Assembly: GCA_024137785.1 (NCBI GenBank)
Contig: JAHRHZ010000021.1
Location: 27,391,745-27,455,744, forward strand
DNA: 64,000 bases
Source of the DNA: Ginglymostoma cirratum
Lineage: Eukaryota
Reading direction: 5' to 3'
The first letter of the stretch is position 1. Each line of letters begins with the position of its first letter. Below are positions 1-13,807 of the stretch, piece after piece. Made by a program: the position numbers and the translations under genes. The notes below the pieces were generated by a model. The model saw only the letters and a list, made by a program, of their open reading frames with translations. It ran no database searches and was not told the DNA's origin.

Positions 1-1129
1 TGAATTGATTGTGGAATTAAAACAAGTAATCATAATTCCTAGCAGTTAAAGATGATAAATAAGATTTAACTGCACTGTACATTTTTGTGTTAAAGTTCAT
101 AGATCATACTTTCTTAGGTTGTTAATTAAATGCTCAGTCACAAAGATATGATTGAGTTTTATGAAGTGATGAATTGAGCTTCTTATGGTCTCCTTGTTTG
201 ATATCTAACTTGTGGGATGTTCTCTTTGTTCTTAACTCCATTGTGCATTTACTTTTGTGTGGTTGTCACCAACTGTTGCTACAATGAGAGGTGGAACTCA
301 AGAATCTGCTCAGGATGTCAAGACAATTCCCTTGCTGAAAGGCAGATGCGCACACGTTCAGTTGTTTGTCTATGTCAAAATAATTTTAGTGTACGTTACA
401 GAAGGTAAATTTCATCGCTCATTTCTTGTGCATGTGCTATTTGGTAATTCCAGCATTCTAAACAGACAGTGCATGTTCAGCGCAAGGTCTTACTTAACTA
501 TTAAACATAGTGAATAGGTCAATTTGAGATTCTTTGTGATACTTGAAAAGCTGTAGCGTTGAAGTCTTCCATTTGCTGTCTTAAGGTTTTCACATATTTG
601 GTAGTCCCATTTTGAGATCACTTTGAGCAACAAATGTGCAAACCTGCAATCTTAACATCGTCCAAATTTGAGGGGATCAGGAGGGTTGCTCAACAATAAT
701 CCAACAGCATGTTTTGTAGCACTGAATGATGGAAATAACTTACTCGGATTAGAACAACCAATTAATTTGACTGCATTTTTAGCTGTTGAATTTTGACTTG
801 TTAGAAAGGAGAACAATGTTACTTTGACAATCATTGTGGTGGAATTGACAGATACTTCACTGTAAAATTGAAGTCAGTCAAAAATGGAAAATTCCAACAG
901 TGATGGTTATGTTAATTATGCTGTAGTCATGTTTTGCAAGTGGTTTGGAATAGACAACTGACGTCTCTTTAGTCAGCTACTCTTTGAATGATTAGTTGTC
1001 TAGTCCATATATCTTCGAGGAACTGTATACTTGGAACTAGAATGAAAGATTACGAAACAACCGTGGGGGATATTAGTAATGTTGCTTTTTCAAAGGACAA
1101 GTTCTTTGTTTTTCCAAAGTGCCAATCAT

Positions 1130-1460
1130 TGTTCAGTGGGAGCACCCTTCTCCTCAAATCAGATTGTAGATTCAAGACCTGCTCCAGAAACTTTTACGTA
1201 AAATCTAGATGGATACTCTGGTGCACTGCTTAAGAAGTGCAATCTTTTAGATAAGGTGTGAAATCAAAGTAGTTTTTACCTCTGAGATAGATGTGAAAGA
1301 TTCCATGACATTATTTTGAAGATTAGTAGAGGGGTTTCCTCAGTGTTCTGAAAAATGTTTATCCTCAACCAGTCGCATGAATATAGATTGTCAGATTATT
1401 ATCCTATTGCTGTTTTCTTGGATACCTCTGCTCTTTAGTTGCCAAACTTTTGACATTACG
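1130..1460 (+). mobile_element. Decayed Deu-domain SINE (SacSINE1/AmnSINE-like)
   Basis: Resembles the Deu core from memory: gatgtgaaagattccatgacattattttgaag...gtgttctgaaaaatgtttatcctcaaccag...attgctgttt. Confidence 0.6.
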
Positions 1461-1494
1461 AGAAAATCTTTTTAGGCAGTCCCTTGGGATAGCA

Positions 1495-1700
1495 ACATAA
1501 GAAAAAGGAGCAAGAGTAGACCATTCTGCACAGCAAGCTTGCCCGACCATTCAGTCAGCTCCTCATAGCCCCATCTGCCCAACTATTTCGAAAATCTATC
1601 TGCCTTCTCTTTTAAACATTTTCAGCGAGCTAGCCTCCACAGTTCCCTGTGAGTAGACAATACTAGAATTCACTACTTCTGCCTTACCCTAAAAGATCCC
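1495..1700 (-). mobile_element. CR1-type LINE 3' end fragment
   Basis: Starts aacataagaaaaaggagcaagagtagaccattc, the reverse complement of the CR1 3' tail seen repeatedly in this window (e.g. ~26880, ~42240). Confidence 0.55.
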
Positions 1701-2074
1701 TTTGATTCAGTGCTGGATTTAAACTACTGTGAGGGACCGTGTGGACTGATTTATGTTTTCCCCCAATGTTAGTGGTGATGCATGTGTTTTACCACTAACT
1801 GCAAAGGATGGTCCCATTGTGAATTTCCTGATGTATGCTTCTTTGACAGTAGTATTTGTCAAGACAGTAGTATTCCCTTCACAGAATTTTTTTTCATCTT
1901 GACTAATTGCTGATCAACGATTTCATGACCTGTAGTGTAGGCAAAGCATCTCTTAGCAACAGTTTGTATTTGAGTTATTTGAGTTACAGTAGCCAGTGTG
2001 CATTTGATGGTACAGAACTCTCTTATATGGTTTTTACCCTTCTGGATTTTCATGTGATACTTTATGGTTTGCAT

Positions 2075-2433
2075 GGGGCAGCACAGTGGCTCGATGGTTG
2101 GCACAGCTGCCTCACAGCGCCAGTGACCCAGGGTCAATTCCACCCTCAGGTGACTGTGTGGAGTTTGCACATTATCCCCATGTCTGCGTGGATTTCCTCT
2201 GGGCGCTGTGGTTTCGTTTCACAGTCCAAAGATGCACAGATTAGGTGGATTGACCATTCTAAATTGCCCCATTGTGTTCAGGATGTGTAGATTAGGTGGC
2301 TTAGCCATGGGAAATGCAGGGTTACAGGTACGGAGTTGGGAGGGGTGGGGGGATGAGTCTGGGTGGGATGCTTTTCAGAGAGCCGGTGTGGACTTGTTGG
2401 GCCAAATGGCCTGTTCCACACTGTGGGGATTCT
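2075..2433 (+). mobile_element. HE1-type tRNA-derived V-SINE
   Basis: tRNA-like head with A/B boxes (gcacagtggctcgatggttggc...ggtcaattcc), V-domain (tgtgtggagtttgcacattatccccatgtctgcgtgg), an internal duplicated unit and a LINE-like tail (ggacttgttgggccaaatggcctgttccacactgtggggattct). Paralogues at 20461 and 63195. Confidence 0.88.
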
Positions 2434-5189
2434 TTGGCTATTGCTGCAAAGTAGTCAAACAACTAGAAGCTGATTTTTAATTTGAAAGGGTTCCTGAATT
2501 TAAAACTTGGGTTATTGGTGCTACTGAAGTTCCAAGAATTGAATTTGACATTTCAGTAAGCAGTTAGAGTACCTCAAAGCCATCTGTCTGAAAACTGGAC
2601 ACTTGTGCATCAATAAGTAACGTGCTTGGATAATTTGGCTAGGCCCCGCCTTGATACGGTTACATCAGACTAGTTACTCGCTTCACCATTTTGATCAATG
2701 CTGTTTCCCACACCCTAAGTCACCTTTGATTCCTTCCAACCAGTCTTGGCTTGATCTGTCAATGGCTTGCAACACCTGGCTTGAAACTTGGAAATATCCA
2801 AAATCTAATATGACCTCCGTCCTAAGGATTTGCGGTATTGTTTTTGTAATGCTAAAGATTTTGGTCACTTCTGTACATTTAAGTTTGTATGCTCCTACTG
2901 GGTCACAAAATCAAAGAAATCAACAGGTATGTTTTAATTGGATCCAGAGTTAAAATCGTACACTTATTTGTGAAAGTGTTTACAGTAGAAATACTTGTAC
3001 TTCAGGAATTCAGTTTTGCAACTTTGTCTGTCAAACTAGGAGAAGATAACTTCTAATATAGACTTTTCAGGTTGAAATTGTTAGATTTAAGCATAGAAAA
3101 AAGTTAAGGCAATTTGATTTGTAGTACTGGAAAGGAGATGCGTGTATTGTACAGGAAAACACCAATTACATTTTATTTGCACATTGCACACACACTTGGG
3201 CCTTGTAATTAGAGCAAAATCAGAGAAAAAACTGTACTATGCTGTTTGTTTACCACAGCACAACAGTTACAGGGAGCTTAAATTGAAGAGCCTGGATTTT
3301 TGCAAGTTTCCTGCTGAAATTTTGTTATTCAACCATACTTTCACAAGTTCTTTTTTTTTCCATGCACTTCTCTCAATTCAACTTTTAAAGTTGTTTTGTC
3401 TGAGGATGGTAGAATGAACTGTCGCACTTACTCACATTACTCCATGGATCACAACACAAATGAAGAATATATTTCCCAGTTACCACAATAGCTAATTAAA
3501 TGTCTTATCTGTATCAAGTTTTAAATGAAAAAAATCTATCAACCAGGTTTCTTTAAATGCAATTATTGGTTTATTGTCCAAACAAGACTTCATCATGAAG
3601 ATGTAATAACTAGTTAATGTACACAGTTGATGATGTGGAAGTTTAAATGGTTACCCTTTTAAATAACCCAAAGTGTGTGCACGAATATACATCCACTCAC
3701 ACGAAGTAAAAGATTGCTGTCTGCAGAAGTTCATTTTTTCTGAAAAACAAACTCCTGGCCATTCAAGAAAGCAAAAAAGCATAGAATGTTCCGAATTCTG
3801 TCTCTTCGATGTTCTGTCACGTGGTTAAGTCACATCAAAGTTGTCGAAGGAGTCTTGGCAGACACAGTTTGCTCTGGAAATATGACATTGAGAAGTTCTT
3901 TCAGTCACTCAAAGCAGCAAGTAGTTTCACTCTGAATTCAACGAAAGCTATTTTTTTCAGACATAGGAGAGATCAGCTGGGCAGCCCTACCCCTAAGGCT
4001 CCTTGTTCCCAACTAAGTTCAGTTACCTAAGTTCAGTTACCAAAGTGCACTCCATCCAATAATTGAATCAGTGGTGGTCTGCAGCAGAACAAGCAGTTAT
4101 CACCAGGTGTGCAGTTTTTTTTTGTTTGGTTTTGAGGAAACCTTGTTGTAAAAAGTGCTCTATCCACAGTGATGCTTCAATTTTTTTTTCATAAATTAAG
4201 AACACTCTGGTTACTTCCACAAAACTTGAAATAAATCATTTTTTCATAATCCTTCAAAAGTTAATTTATCAAAATATAACGTGTCATCATAAAGTTATAA
4301 ATCAGTTTATGCATACCTGATAAGCATTATGAAGTTACTAAATGTTGTATTCCAGTGTTGCTCCTTCACCCTGTTTCCATGAAGGCTGTCCATGTATCAT
4401 GATCAAAGAAACAGAAGAGACCACTTTGCCCCTAAAGTTTGTTATAAGAGTCAGGATTGTATGGCTTATATCCCACTGGATAACAAAACTTTATCAGTCT
4501 CAGATTAAAATTAACAATTAGTATAGCATAAATTGCCACTTCTGGAATACTGTTCCAATCATTGTGTGTTGAAATCCTTTCCTGTAAGGTCTGTCATTAA
4601 ATCCTCTTGTCCTGGACAGTGAGACTAGGACATTTGTTTGTTTACGTCAATTTGGTTATATGTTATCGTTAATATCTTGGAAAATTTAATCATATTACCC
4701 CTTTAAGCTACTAAATTTCAGGGATTACCCCCTTAGCTTGTGCAATCTTTCTTTGTAGTTTAACTGTTCTAATCCATGTATCATTCTGCTAAACCTACAC
4801 TACATTACCTCTAGAAGTGTATATCTTCCCTGAAGTGTGTTGCATGTGTAAAGCTAGACAGTTGCCTTTGGGAGGATGGAGTGGTGGTTGGAGATGCAAG
4901 GTCATTTAGAGGACATTGTGTGACACTACTATGACTTTGAGGTGTGTTCTGTTCTGTGTTTTTGCTTTGAAGAGACGGTTTTGAGACAGAGGTACTGAGC
5001 TGTCCGATCCAAGCCAATAGAGTAAACAGCTTGTGATGTTCCTGGATATTTGTTTTATGGTTAGACAATTAAAGCATGAAAGGGTGTCAGAACCAGGGTT
5101 TTAGTTGAACTTTCAGTAGTTGTTGGGGTTTTCGAAGTTGGCTGTAGAAGCAGTTTCATCTCTCTCAACCGCAGCATAAAGCTGAAGTT

Positions 5190-5283
5190 ACAAAAACAAA
5201 GTTGCTGGAAAAGCTCAGCAGGTCTGGCAGCATCTGTGGAGGAGAAAACAGTTAAATGTTTTGGGTCCGGTGACCCTTCCTCA
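5190..5283 (-). mobile_element. Short PLE terminal-repeat copy with hammerhead-like core
   Basis: Reverse complement reads tgagga-a-gggtc-accg-gaccc-aaaa-cattt...cagatgctgccagacctgctgagcttttccagcaac, same family as 6723 and 58561. Confidence 0.8.
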
Positions 5284-5397
5284 ATGGTTGCTCCTGTTCT
5301 GCTTGATCACCTTCCTTTCCTGGGTTCTCGCTCTCTGGACTCTGAAAGTTGCCCACCAGCACTTATTTGCTGTTCTGAGGAAAGGTCACTGGACCTA
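5281..5397 (+). repeat. ~115 bp near-identical copy of 6630-6746 (genomic flank + start of the 6723 element)
   Basis: tcaatggttgctcctgtt...gttgccca(c/t)cagcactt(a/g)tttgctgttctgaggaaa(g/a)gtcactggacct at both loci, with only scattered substitutions. Confidence 0.92.
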
Positions 5398-6722
5398 ATA
5401 ACCCTCAGATGAAAGCTGACGTCCTTCTCTTTGCCAGAATTTTCTCTTGGTGTTCTTTTCTCCTGGACTGGAGAAACATCGCATGTGAGATAACCTATTT
5501 TACCGAATTTGCCTTTGTCAAGGGTGTGTCTATGGGATGTTACAATATCGGAACAATTTGTTGTGTAGTTAAATCTATTATTCTATCAAGTTTTTCAATA
5601 GAGCTAAAGTTAAACCAATTCTTCTTTCATTTGTTTATATTTTAACTGGGAGTACAAATAAAGTGTGTTTTGCTTAAAGCTGAGTAGTGTCACCAATTGA
5701 ATTACATCTGGAACACAGGACCTTACACTTCTTTTAAATAAGGTAAAAGTTAGGGTCCAGGCTACCACCACAATATATTTGAAGAGGGTTTGGTCTGGTC
5801 CATAAAAATTGTCATCAGCTACCACCAAAAATGCCAAACACATGAATGAGGATTTCAGTGGCAAGTGGATTGATATATTGGGAGAAATGGATGACATCAT
5901 GCACATGGATGCTTGTCGTCTGCTTGTAGGATCAGAAGCTTAACGTGATGTTGAATAGGTTTCTGAGGTTGTGAAAGGTCTGATTTTAGCTAGAGATAGT
6001 GACTGAAGAGGGATATGAAAACATTAGTGATGGCACAGTTAGTTAGGGCCAGAAGCTAACAGCTCAGATCTGTCCAACATAAAGCTGGAGGGAAAGAAAA
6101 AGCAGCTTATCCAATGCTGGATATCAAACAGTCTTACAACATGAAGTTGTAAGAGAAAGAGCTATGATGATCCCAAACCAGGTCACCAACTTGGCTGTGA
6201 TCCTGGATGAGACTAGCAAATCATTGCTATTAACATGTTTGGGGAACCAGTAACTCTTAGTTTTAAAATAGACAAAGGGGAGTTCCAGAGAATAAAGCCA
6301 CAAGTTTCCACTATTTTGAGCAAATAACAGTAAGCTTATAAGCTAGAACAATATTACAATCTCCAATACATGTAAAACTTTCTTCTAGTACCCAAAATTA
6401 ACGTAACTAACATGGGTGTTGCAGTATATTGTGATTTAACACCCCATAGCATATATCACCGAATGATCATGATCATGACATGACAGATCCCACAGATTTG
6501 TTAGTAACCCTCAGATGTTATTGACATGATGGGTCATCAAATTTTAATAAACTTTTACAAGGGTTTTCAATTCTTCACTTTTGATCTGACCTGAAAGTCT
6601 CTCGCTCAAGCCATTCCATCATGGCCTGTCTCAATGGTTGCTCCTGTTTTGCTTGCTCACCTTCCTTTCCTGGATTTTCGCTCTCTGGACTCTGAAAGTT
6701 GCCCATCAGCACTTGTTTGCTG

Positions 6723-6856
6723 TTCTGAGGAAAAGTCACTGGACCTGAAACGTTAACTCTCATTTGTTCTTCAGATGCTGCCAGACCTGCTGAGCTTTTC
6801 CAGCAACATCTGTGTTTGTTCCTGATTTACAGCATCCTCAATTCTTTTGGTTTTTT
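6723..6856 (+). mobile_element. Short PLE-derived element with minimal hammerhead motif and 15-bp TSD
   Basis: gtt-CTGAGGA-a-aagtc-actg-gacct-GAAA-cgtt-aac. TSD ag(c/t)acttgtttgctg at 6708-6722 and 6857-6871. Confidence 0.88.
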
Positions 6857-7359
6857 AGTACTTGTTTGCTGACTCCTGACTCGACCGAGCTAACATTTGC
6901 CCCTGGCGACTCATCTAGCTCGACTGTACCAAGCAACTGCTGCATGTGACTTTGAACTTTCACTGTCAGCTGCCTTGAAGAATTAATGCTTGCAGGCTTC
7001 CTTGGAATGCCTCACAAGCTAGCCACAGCAAGCTTAATCTTGTGCCTTTACCTGGGACTTAGCTACATTGAATTGTTCAACTCCACTTGACTCCATCCCT
7101 GTCAGACAGCTAAAAATCATGAAGTGTGCTCTGTCTTTATCTTGTTCTTCAATTATCTGTGACCCTTGAACTGCTTTTCCATGACCCCTTAGCAGTGTTG
7201 AGTGAGCTGTTGAAAACATTTCACTAAACCGCAGCCCTATTGCAGTCCAGAATTGAATGTTGCCACTTAACCACTCTTGGAACACTCTGTATCATTAAAT
7301 GTTGCAATGTCCCCATTTTCACAATGCTGGCTTTCAGCACTAAGAATGCTTACTTACCA

Positions 7360-7448
7360 CTTCTGCTGTTTTCAAGGGCAGCTCGGACCGGGTAATAAAT
7401 GTTGGCCCTACCAGTGATGCCCAGATAGCATGAATGAATTAATAAAAA
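7360..7448 (+). mobile_element. LINE/SINE 3' tail fragment (same tail as the 60.2-62.1 kb LINE)
   Basis: ttcaagggcagctcggaccgggtaataaatgttggccctaccagtgatgcccagatagcatgaatgaatt. Related copies at ~12005-12070 (-), ~15675-15780 (+) and ~56640-56720 (+). Confidence 0.65.
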
Positions 7449-8949
7449 GGAAGGAATCATCTCAGTTGAAAACCACCACAAATCTAAAAGCTGATTCCTT
7501 CGTTTTCGGTAGCAGTATTTAAAATAAGAAAGAGAATATATATCCCTGGGCATTGCTGAATTTACAGTTTATAGAGATTGGTAGAGCCAAACAGTCATGA
7601 TTGGAAAGCTAGGAGTGCAATTAAATGAGTGGGTATGACTGAAATCGATCACAGGTTCTCAACAATGGCAGGGGGTGGTCTCCTGCCTCATTTGCAGAAG
7701 TCAGGTAAAAGAGGTCAGTTCAACATTTGCAGAGCATGATGGTAATGACTGATGAGAGTTGTTTTGCTACTCGTGGTGAGTGTTAACTAAGTATTGATTT
7801 TTAGAATAATTCAGAAACAAATATTGATGTTCAAGGACTTTGTGGTTAAAAAAGATCTTGCAAAGAAAGTGTGAGTACATTGGAATTTTAAAATTACAGT
7901 GCAGGTGTTTTTGAAATTTCATTTACAAATCACCTTGGATTAAAGAAAAGAATGTTCAGAATATTTTGAATGTAATTGGAGTAAAAAGGAGCATGAATAT
8001 ATTTAACTTAAAGTGACTGTGCCAGAGAAATCGGCTGCAGAATGTACAGCCACTGCTTGGGTTGCAAACTGGTTCTGTTGTGGAGTCTGTTCACAAGTTG
8101 ATTTGTGTACAAGTCAAAACACAATGCAGGACAATGTAAAGCAGCTGCTTGTAAGTGCAGTAAATGATCAAATAAAATTATAACCTTGCATGGAATTGCA
8201 ATACAAGTATGAGCTTTGGAAGTTGTATGTTTGTAAATTGGGGACCCCTTGCAAACTCTCACCAGTGTGTGTCTCCACATAGTTCCTCCAGGATCTGGCT
8301 TTAAGTTGACTACAAATCGTGATTGTTATACGTAAACTATGCTTGAACAATATCATAATTTAGGTCAGGTGGGAGATCTCTCTGAACAAGGCACTAAAGG
8401 TGATATTTCCTTGATGTATATTAATTCAAAAGTTACTGATTGGCAATTCCCTAAAAAATTGTTTCCAAGCCGTCCATACATAGGACATACTTACAAGCAA
8501 TATTTCATACAGAACACGATGAAAATTACCTTGCATTGCACTACATCCATAAAGAGAAATTATTGTAAAATACTTACACAGTGGTGTAAACATGCCTTTT
8601 TCAATGGATTTGGTCTCAAGTTGTATAAACTTCTTAATTCTTAACTGTTTCAGATAACTTTTTTGTCTTTAACAATAATAATTACAAAAACTGTCAAGCA
8701 CAGCAGAACATAACAGCATTAACTAGCAATGTATACATAATGCTGTGACAAATACAAAGAAAGGGAAAATTTTCACTTGCATAATACCTTTTGGCCTGAG
8801 CACATTCTAATTGTTTTGTGAGCAATTGCTTTTACATTTTAATGTCGGCTAATGTTTGGTCTGAATAATATGTGGACACAATGAGCTCTGACAAATAGCA
8901 TATAAATGATTAGTTAATTTAGTTGCGTGGTATTAACAGCATTAAAAGT

Positions 8950-9650
8950 AGTAAAATGGGCCAGATATTGTGGATCTATTAGGTGACCTTTTCCAAATCA
9001 TGCTAGATTCAAGGATTAGATGTAGAATTTGAATATAGTAAATACTGCATTTTTATTCAAAAAGGATGAAAGGACACAACAAGAATTGTTAGCATCAGAC
9101 TTTAAGGTCAGTGATTAGAAAGTTGTTAGCATTCATCAGGGTCAAAATGAATAGACATCAGATTTACAGAATGTCATTATGAATGAAGGGCCAGGTAAAC
9201 CCCAATAGAATCTCAACAGTCATGAGGGGATGAACAGAGCAAGTTAAGTACATGGATTGTGAGAAATTTATTAGAGCCTACACAAGAGATCTAGCTAAAT
9301 TTGAAGTATCTGGAATTGAGAGAGGATTGTGACTTGGGAAGGAAAGGGTGAGAGTGAAAGAACTAAGTTATAAGGGGCATTCTCAGATTGGTGGGTGGTG
9401 ACAAATAATGTTCTTGGGGATTATTTTTGGATTTGGGGAAGAGGGGTAGGTGTTTTCACATACGTAGATATGATCTAACTTTAAGAATTCAGTTGAGCAT
9501 ATCTGGGTTTGCAAAGATGCCAAACTAGACAAAATTTTTAAAAGAACAAATTTACTTCATTAAACTGATTGTAAAGTGATTGCTGAAGCAGTTAAGCAAC
9601 ACCGGTGTGATGCAGTGTATTTTGAAGGAGCTAATTAAATCTGAACAAGA
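8950..9650 (+). mobile_element. Highly decayed CR1-type LINE ORF2 fragment
   Basis: Patchy similarity to the CR1 RT regions at 24100-24700 and 34320-34660 (ttttccaaatcatgctagattcaagg..., gggtttgcaaagatgccaaact). Confidence 0.45.
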
Positions 9651-9696
9651 CACCATGAGACGTACTAGCTGTATGTCCTCATTGCCAGAACTGGCA

Positions 9697-9795
9697 GTTC
9701 TGAAGAAGGGTCACTGGTCCCAAAATGTGAACTCTGATTTCTCTCCACAGATGCTGCCAGAGTTGAGATTTTCCAGTAATTTCTATTTTTGTTTA
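9697..9795 (+). mobile_element. Short PLE-derived element with hammerhead-like core
   Basis: agtt-CTGAAGA-a-gggtc-actg-gtccc-AAAA-tgtg-aact...cagatgctgccagag. Confidence 0.78.
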
Positions 9796-12700
9796 TTAGA
9801 AATTTCTTGACTTGAACATGAGCAAACTGTACAAGTTGCCATCTGTTTCATTGGAGAAATGATGACAAAGCTTACTCAACTCTGATTCACAAGCAGATTG
9901 AATGTTAAAAATGCTTAACCTATTTGTTTTTGTATTTATACTACAAATTTATTTGACCATTTTACTTGCGGGCAGTTAAAATCCTGTCACTGACAAAGGG
10001 GAAATGAGAGTGTATTTAAATAATGACTGTTTATCCCTCTAAAGCCTGAGACGGAGAGATATTATTTGACTTCCTCCTTTCTTATTTTGCTCATGACTCT
10101 TACTGAGGAAGGCTGTTGCTGAAACCTGGCTTTTGCACTCCATTTTTAAAAAAAAATAAACTCAGTAAAATCCAGTGAGACAAAATCAAAGCTGGGGTTT
10201 ATTACTAAAAATCTGTTCACAAAAGGCACAACTTCCTGGAGTTTGCTATCCAATAATTTGTTTCCTCTGAGAGTTAGGTTCAGTAGTTTTCCATCTTGCA
10301 GGCCACGTGTATGCTTCTTCCAGCCAACAATGAGGAGATAGAGATTGAAGATCTAAGGCAAGCTGACAGCTCCGCCTGGGCTCTGCTGTTGCTCTGGAGG
10401 TCAAACAGCAACTGATTTTTAGAATCCCAGAATTGTATACTTAGGAAAAGCTTCTGATTTCAATTATCTAAAATAGGCAGGCCTTTCAGCATGAAATCTT
10501 CTTTGGCATTTCAAATTATTATGTCATGGAAAGAGAAAAATTTTATAAATGATCTCTTAATAAAAGAGATTTGACATTTGTTATTGTGAGCAAGCAATAA
10601 TATTTTTAGTCAAACCTAGAATCACTTCAACATTTGTTAATTTCAGAGTTGAAACCTGTATTTGTCAATTGTATTGATTCTTTGTCGGCTTCAGCTTCCC
10701 CTTGGAACGCTATAGAAGTTCCTGTTTTCTGTCTCTTATGCAGGTGGGTTGGACTAGTTTGATTTTGGCTATTGTGATTGTGTGTATTGCGCTACTGTTG
10801 GGCTGTTTTTATTTTTCCCTTGGATATTAATCATCTTTAGTTCAACTAGTAGAATTAACAAACAAAAGCTTCTGAAGAAAATAGGACCTGGCTTTGTAAT
10901 TGAGAATGGCAGCCAAGTGTCATCTTGCATTCAGGATGATGATGGAAGAGTGAGTAGTTTCAGTAGATGAAAACAGGACCTGACCGTTTTTGTTGTCCAG
11001 CCAGATCTGGCAGTGAGCGCCAAATCAGTTGTCCTCATATCCCTTCAAATCTATCCTTTAAGTGATTTTATTGAAGCAACTGTTCTGTTTGTGTCATTTG
11101 GTTTCTTAAATAGTCAATCATTTAAAAACTATAAAGCTCTCTCATAAAATAATTTTAGAACTCGGAGAAAACTTTATTATTTTGTTCAGAGTCCTACACA
11201 ACAGTGGGAAGCTCAAAACATTTTTCAGTACTCCCTTGCATTGTATTCTCTCACTTCTTCATACTCTCCTTGTGCTCTCTGCCATCTTTGCAGTATCTAC
11301 CCTCACCCTATGTAAAAAATACTTATGCAACTGCAGCAAACGTCTGAATAACAGCTCTTTTGAAGTGAATATCCTGGAATCACTTTTTGGTAAATGGAGC
11401 CATTGTGTGTCTTCCATTGGACTATTCACTCCTGTCAGTGCATCAGACTTTACCAAGTTCCCCCAGATCCTAGGAAGCCTCTGCTTTCAACTCACTTTCA
11501 GGCTGAGGAAATGATCTCTCCAGTGATTGAGGTTGTTGACATTTTCCCAGCTGATATTGCTTTGCATGGTTAAGCAAGTGATGAGTCAAATATGTGACAT
11601 CTTTATTTTCCTTCTGATCTCTCACTCCTGCTGTAATATTCCCTTTACTGGGAACTGATGAATGTGGTCTGCTAAGTAAATGATTTTGCTTGATTATTTC
11701 TCCTTGTCTTCAACTGGTTATGTCCATAAGGGGTTAGAATATTCACTTTCTATATCAGCAGAGTATTCGATTATTTTTAGTTTAATTCACCATTTACTGC
11801 AGAATGAAGCAGTACTGAATTGAGTAGTATTTATGCCATGTCATTGCTTACAGTGAGGTGACAAAAATGTTCATTTGATGTTTCCAGTCAGCAGCATTAT
11901 TAGCAGAATATTGGTTAAATTACAGATACATTTTTTTCTTCTTTTATATACAAGAAGCAATTATGAAAAGATCTTTTATGTTTCTTTGAGAGATGTCTTT
12001 TATTTTATTCGTACTTGGGATGTAGGTGTTGCTGACAAAGCTGGCATTTATTGCCCACCCACACCAAGACCATGTGAGATACTGTAAAGAATAAGCTGAG
12101 CTAGGTTGTGAACAACAAGGTAGCAAAGGATAAAATAAAGCTTGATTCATGCATTGTCTGGAGAAGCATTCTTTTCTAAAGCTGCAAAATGCTTTTCAGC
12201 ATCAGGGTGGTATGCAATCCTTTGATTTTACAGCTCATCTGAGCTCTTAAATATTATGTAGAACAAAATTCTTAGCACTTAGAAAACGTCAAACGTTTAA
12301 TTGTTCAGCCTGCAAATAGTTTCTGATTATATTCAGAAGAGCACCAGTGAGTGGACTTTAAAAGAAGTATAATCTGGAGAAAGTCATACTAGTCATAGGG
12401 GTTTGTTCAGTTGGTTTCTGGGTGAGATGTAAGGAATCAACAAGTAAGAATGTGTATTGCTGAAAGAATAAATGTGAAGGCAATGATCTTGTCAAAGATT
12501 TCAATTTTACACATCAATTTGGTATAAAAGGGAGAATGATTTTGTGTTTAGTTATTTATCTCTATCTCTAAATAATTTGCAGCTTTTAGAATTTTAGCCA
12601 AAATTCCTAATGATATTTATATCCATTTCTGTGTCTTTAAAGATGTCAATGTTTGAATGATGATTCATCATACTTTGTTTGCCAGGCGAACTAAAAATAG

Positions 12701-13558
12701 CAAAGCTGTGTCTGAAGAAAAGATAGCGTAGGAGTTAAGCCACAACCAATCCATGACTTATTGGTGATAAAATCAAGTAATTAGCTGAGAGAAACAAGTT
12801 GAGTAATTATAGTTTCATAAGTTAAAATTTTATTTAGTGATAGCAGATCAGTTATTGTCAGTGCATTTATGCTGCTGTATTGCACTGGCAAGTACCATTA
12901 GAAATCATGATCCAGGTGTTTAGATTTAGAGACATTTCTTGTTTTCTGATACTTGTTTTCTGATCTGATGCCTTAAACCACCACCACTCCCCCTTTTAAA
13001 AATAAAAAGTCAGGTTAAAGTTTTGAAGGAGTCTGTTTAAAATGTTGACCTTGTGAGATGTTGAATGCTGGTCTTTTATCTCTACACTTTAATTCCTTGC
13101 ATCTCTGATCTGAGTTTGGCTCTCTGTTGAAATCAAAGACCATAAGAAAGTCTTCAGTACCTGCTGGCTGCAAGCAATTATAATGGTCCTGTGCAGACCT
13201 GACCCAGTCTTTAGTGGACATTGACCTGTAACTCATAACTGATGCCACTGGAATACCGGATTGGTAATTTCTATAAAAGGGTGATACCTTATCTGTGGGC
13301 TATACAAAATGGTCCAATGGAGGTGCTGTGCTGAGACGAGCTGAGGCACAATATTATTGGGGCAGAATAAAGGGAGTTTTATTGTGTAGCTTACTCATTG
13401 TCTTTGCACTGCTTAGAAAAGTAATTAAAGATTAACTTTCAAATCTAAGCATAGGATATTAAGATAGAATAACAGCTGAAAAATGTGAGACGTAAGCACA
13501 AAATACTACTGTATAGTATTTACCTGAAGACATGCCGACCTTTTGGAAAATCCATTAA

Positions 13559-13807
<249 letters not shown>

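Larger units (their letters stand above)
4919..5807 (+). mobile_element. Probable solo LTR (Gypsy-like), interrupted by a PLE-derived insertion
   Basis: Starts TGTGAC, ends ...ccataaaa (decayed ...ACA), flanked by ATTG at 4915-4918 and 5808-5811 (4-bp TSD). Internal AATAAA at ~5657. Confidence 0.5.

Noticed and set aside
2075-2150. tRNA-like sequences (also at 20461, 40353 and 63195)
   Set aside because: These are SINE heads followed by SINE bodies, not tRNA genes.
4013-4040. 14-bp tandem duplication ctaagttcagttac x2
   Set aside because: Ordinary slippage duplication.
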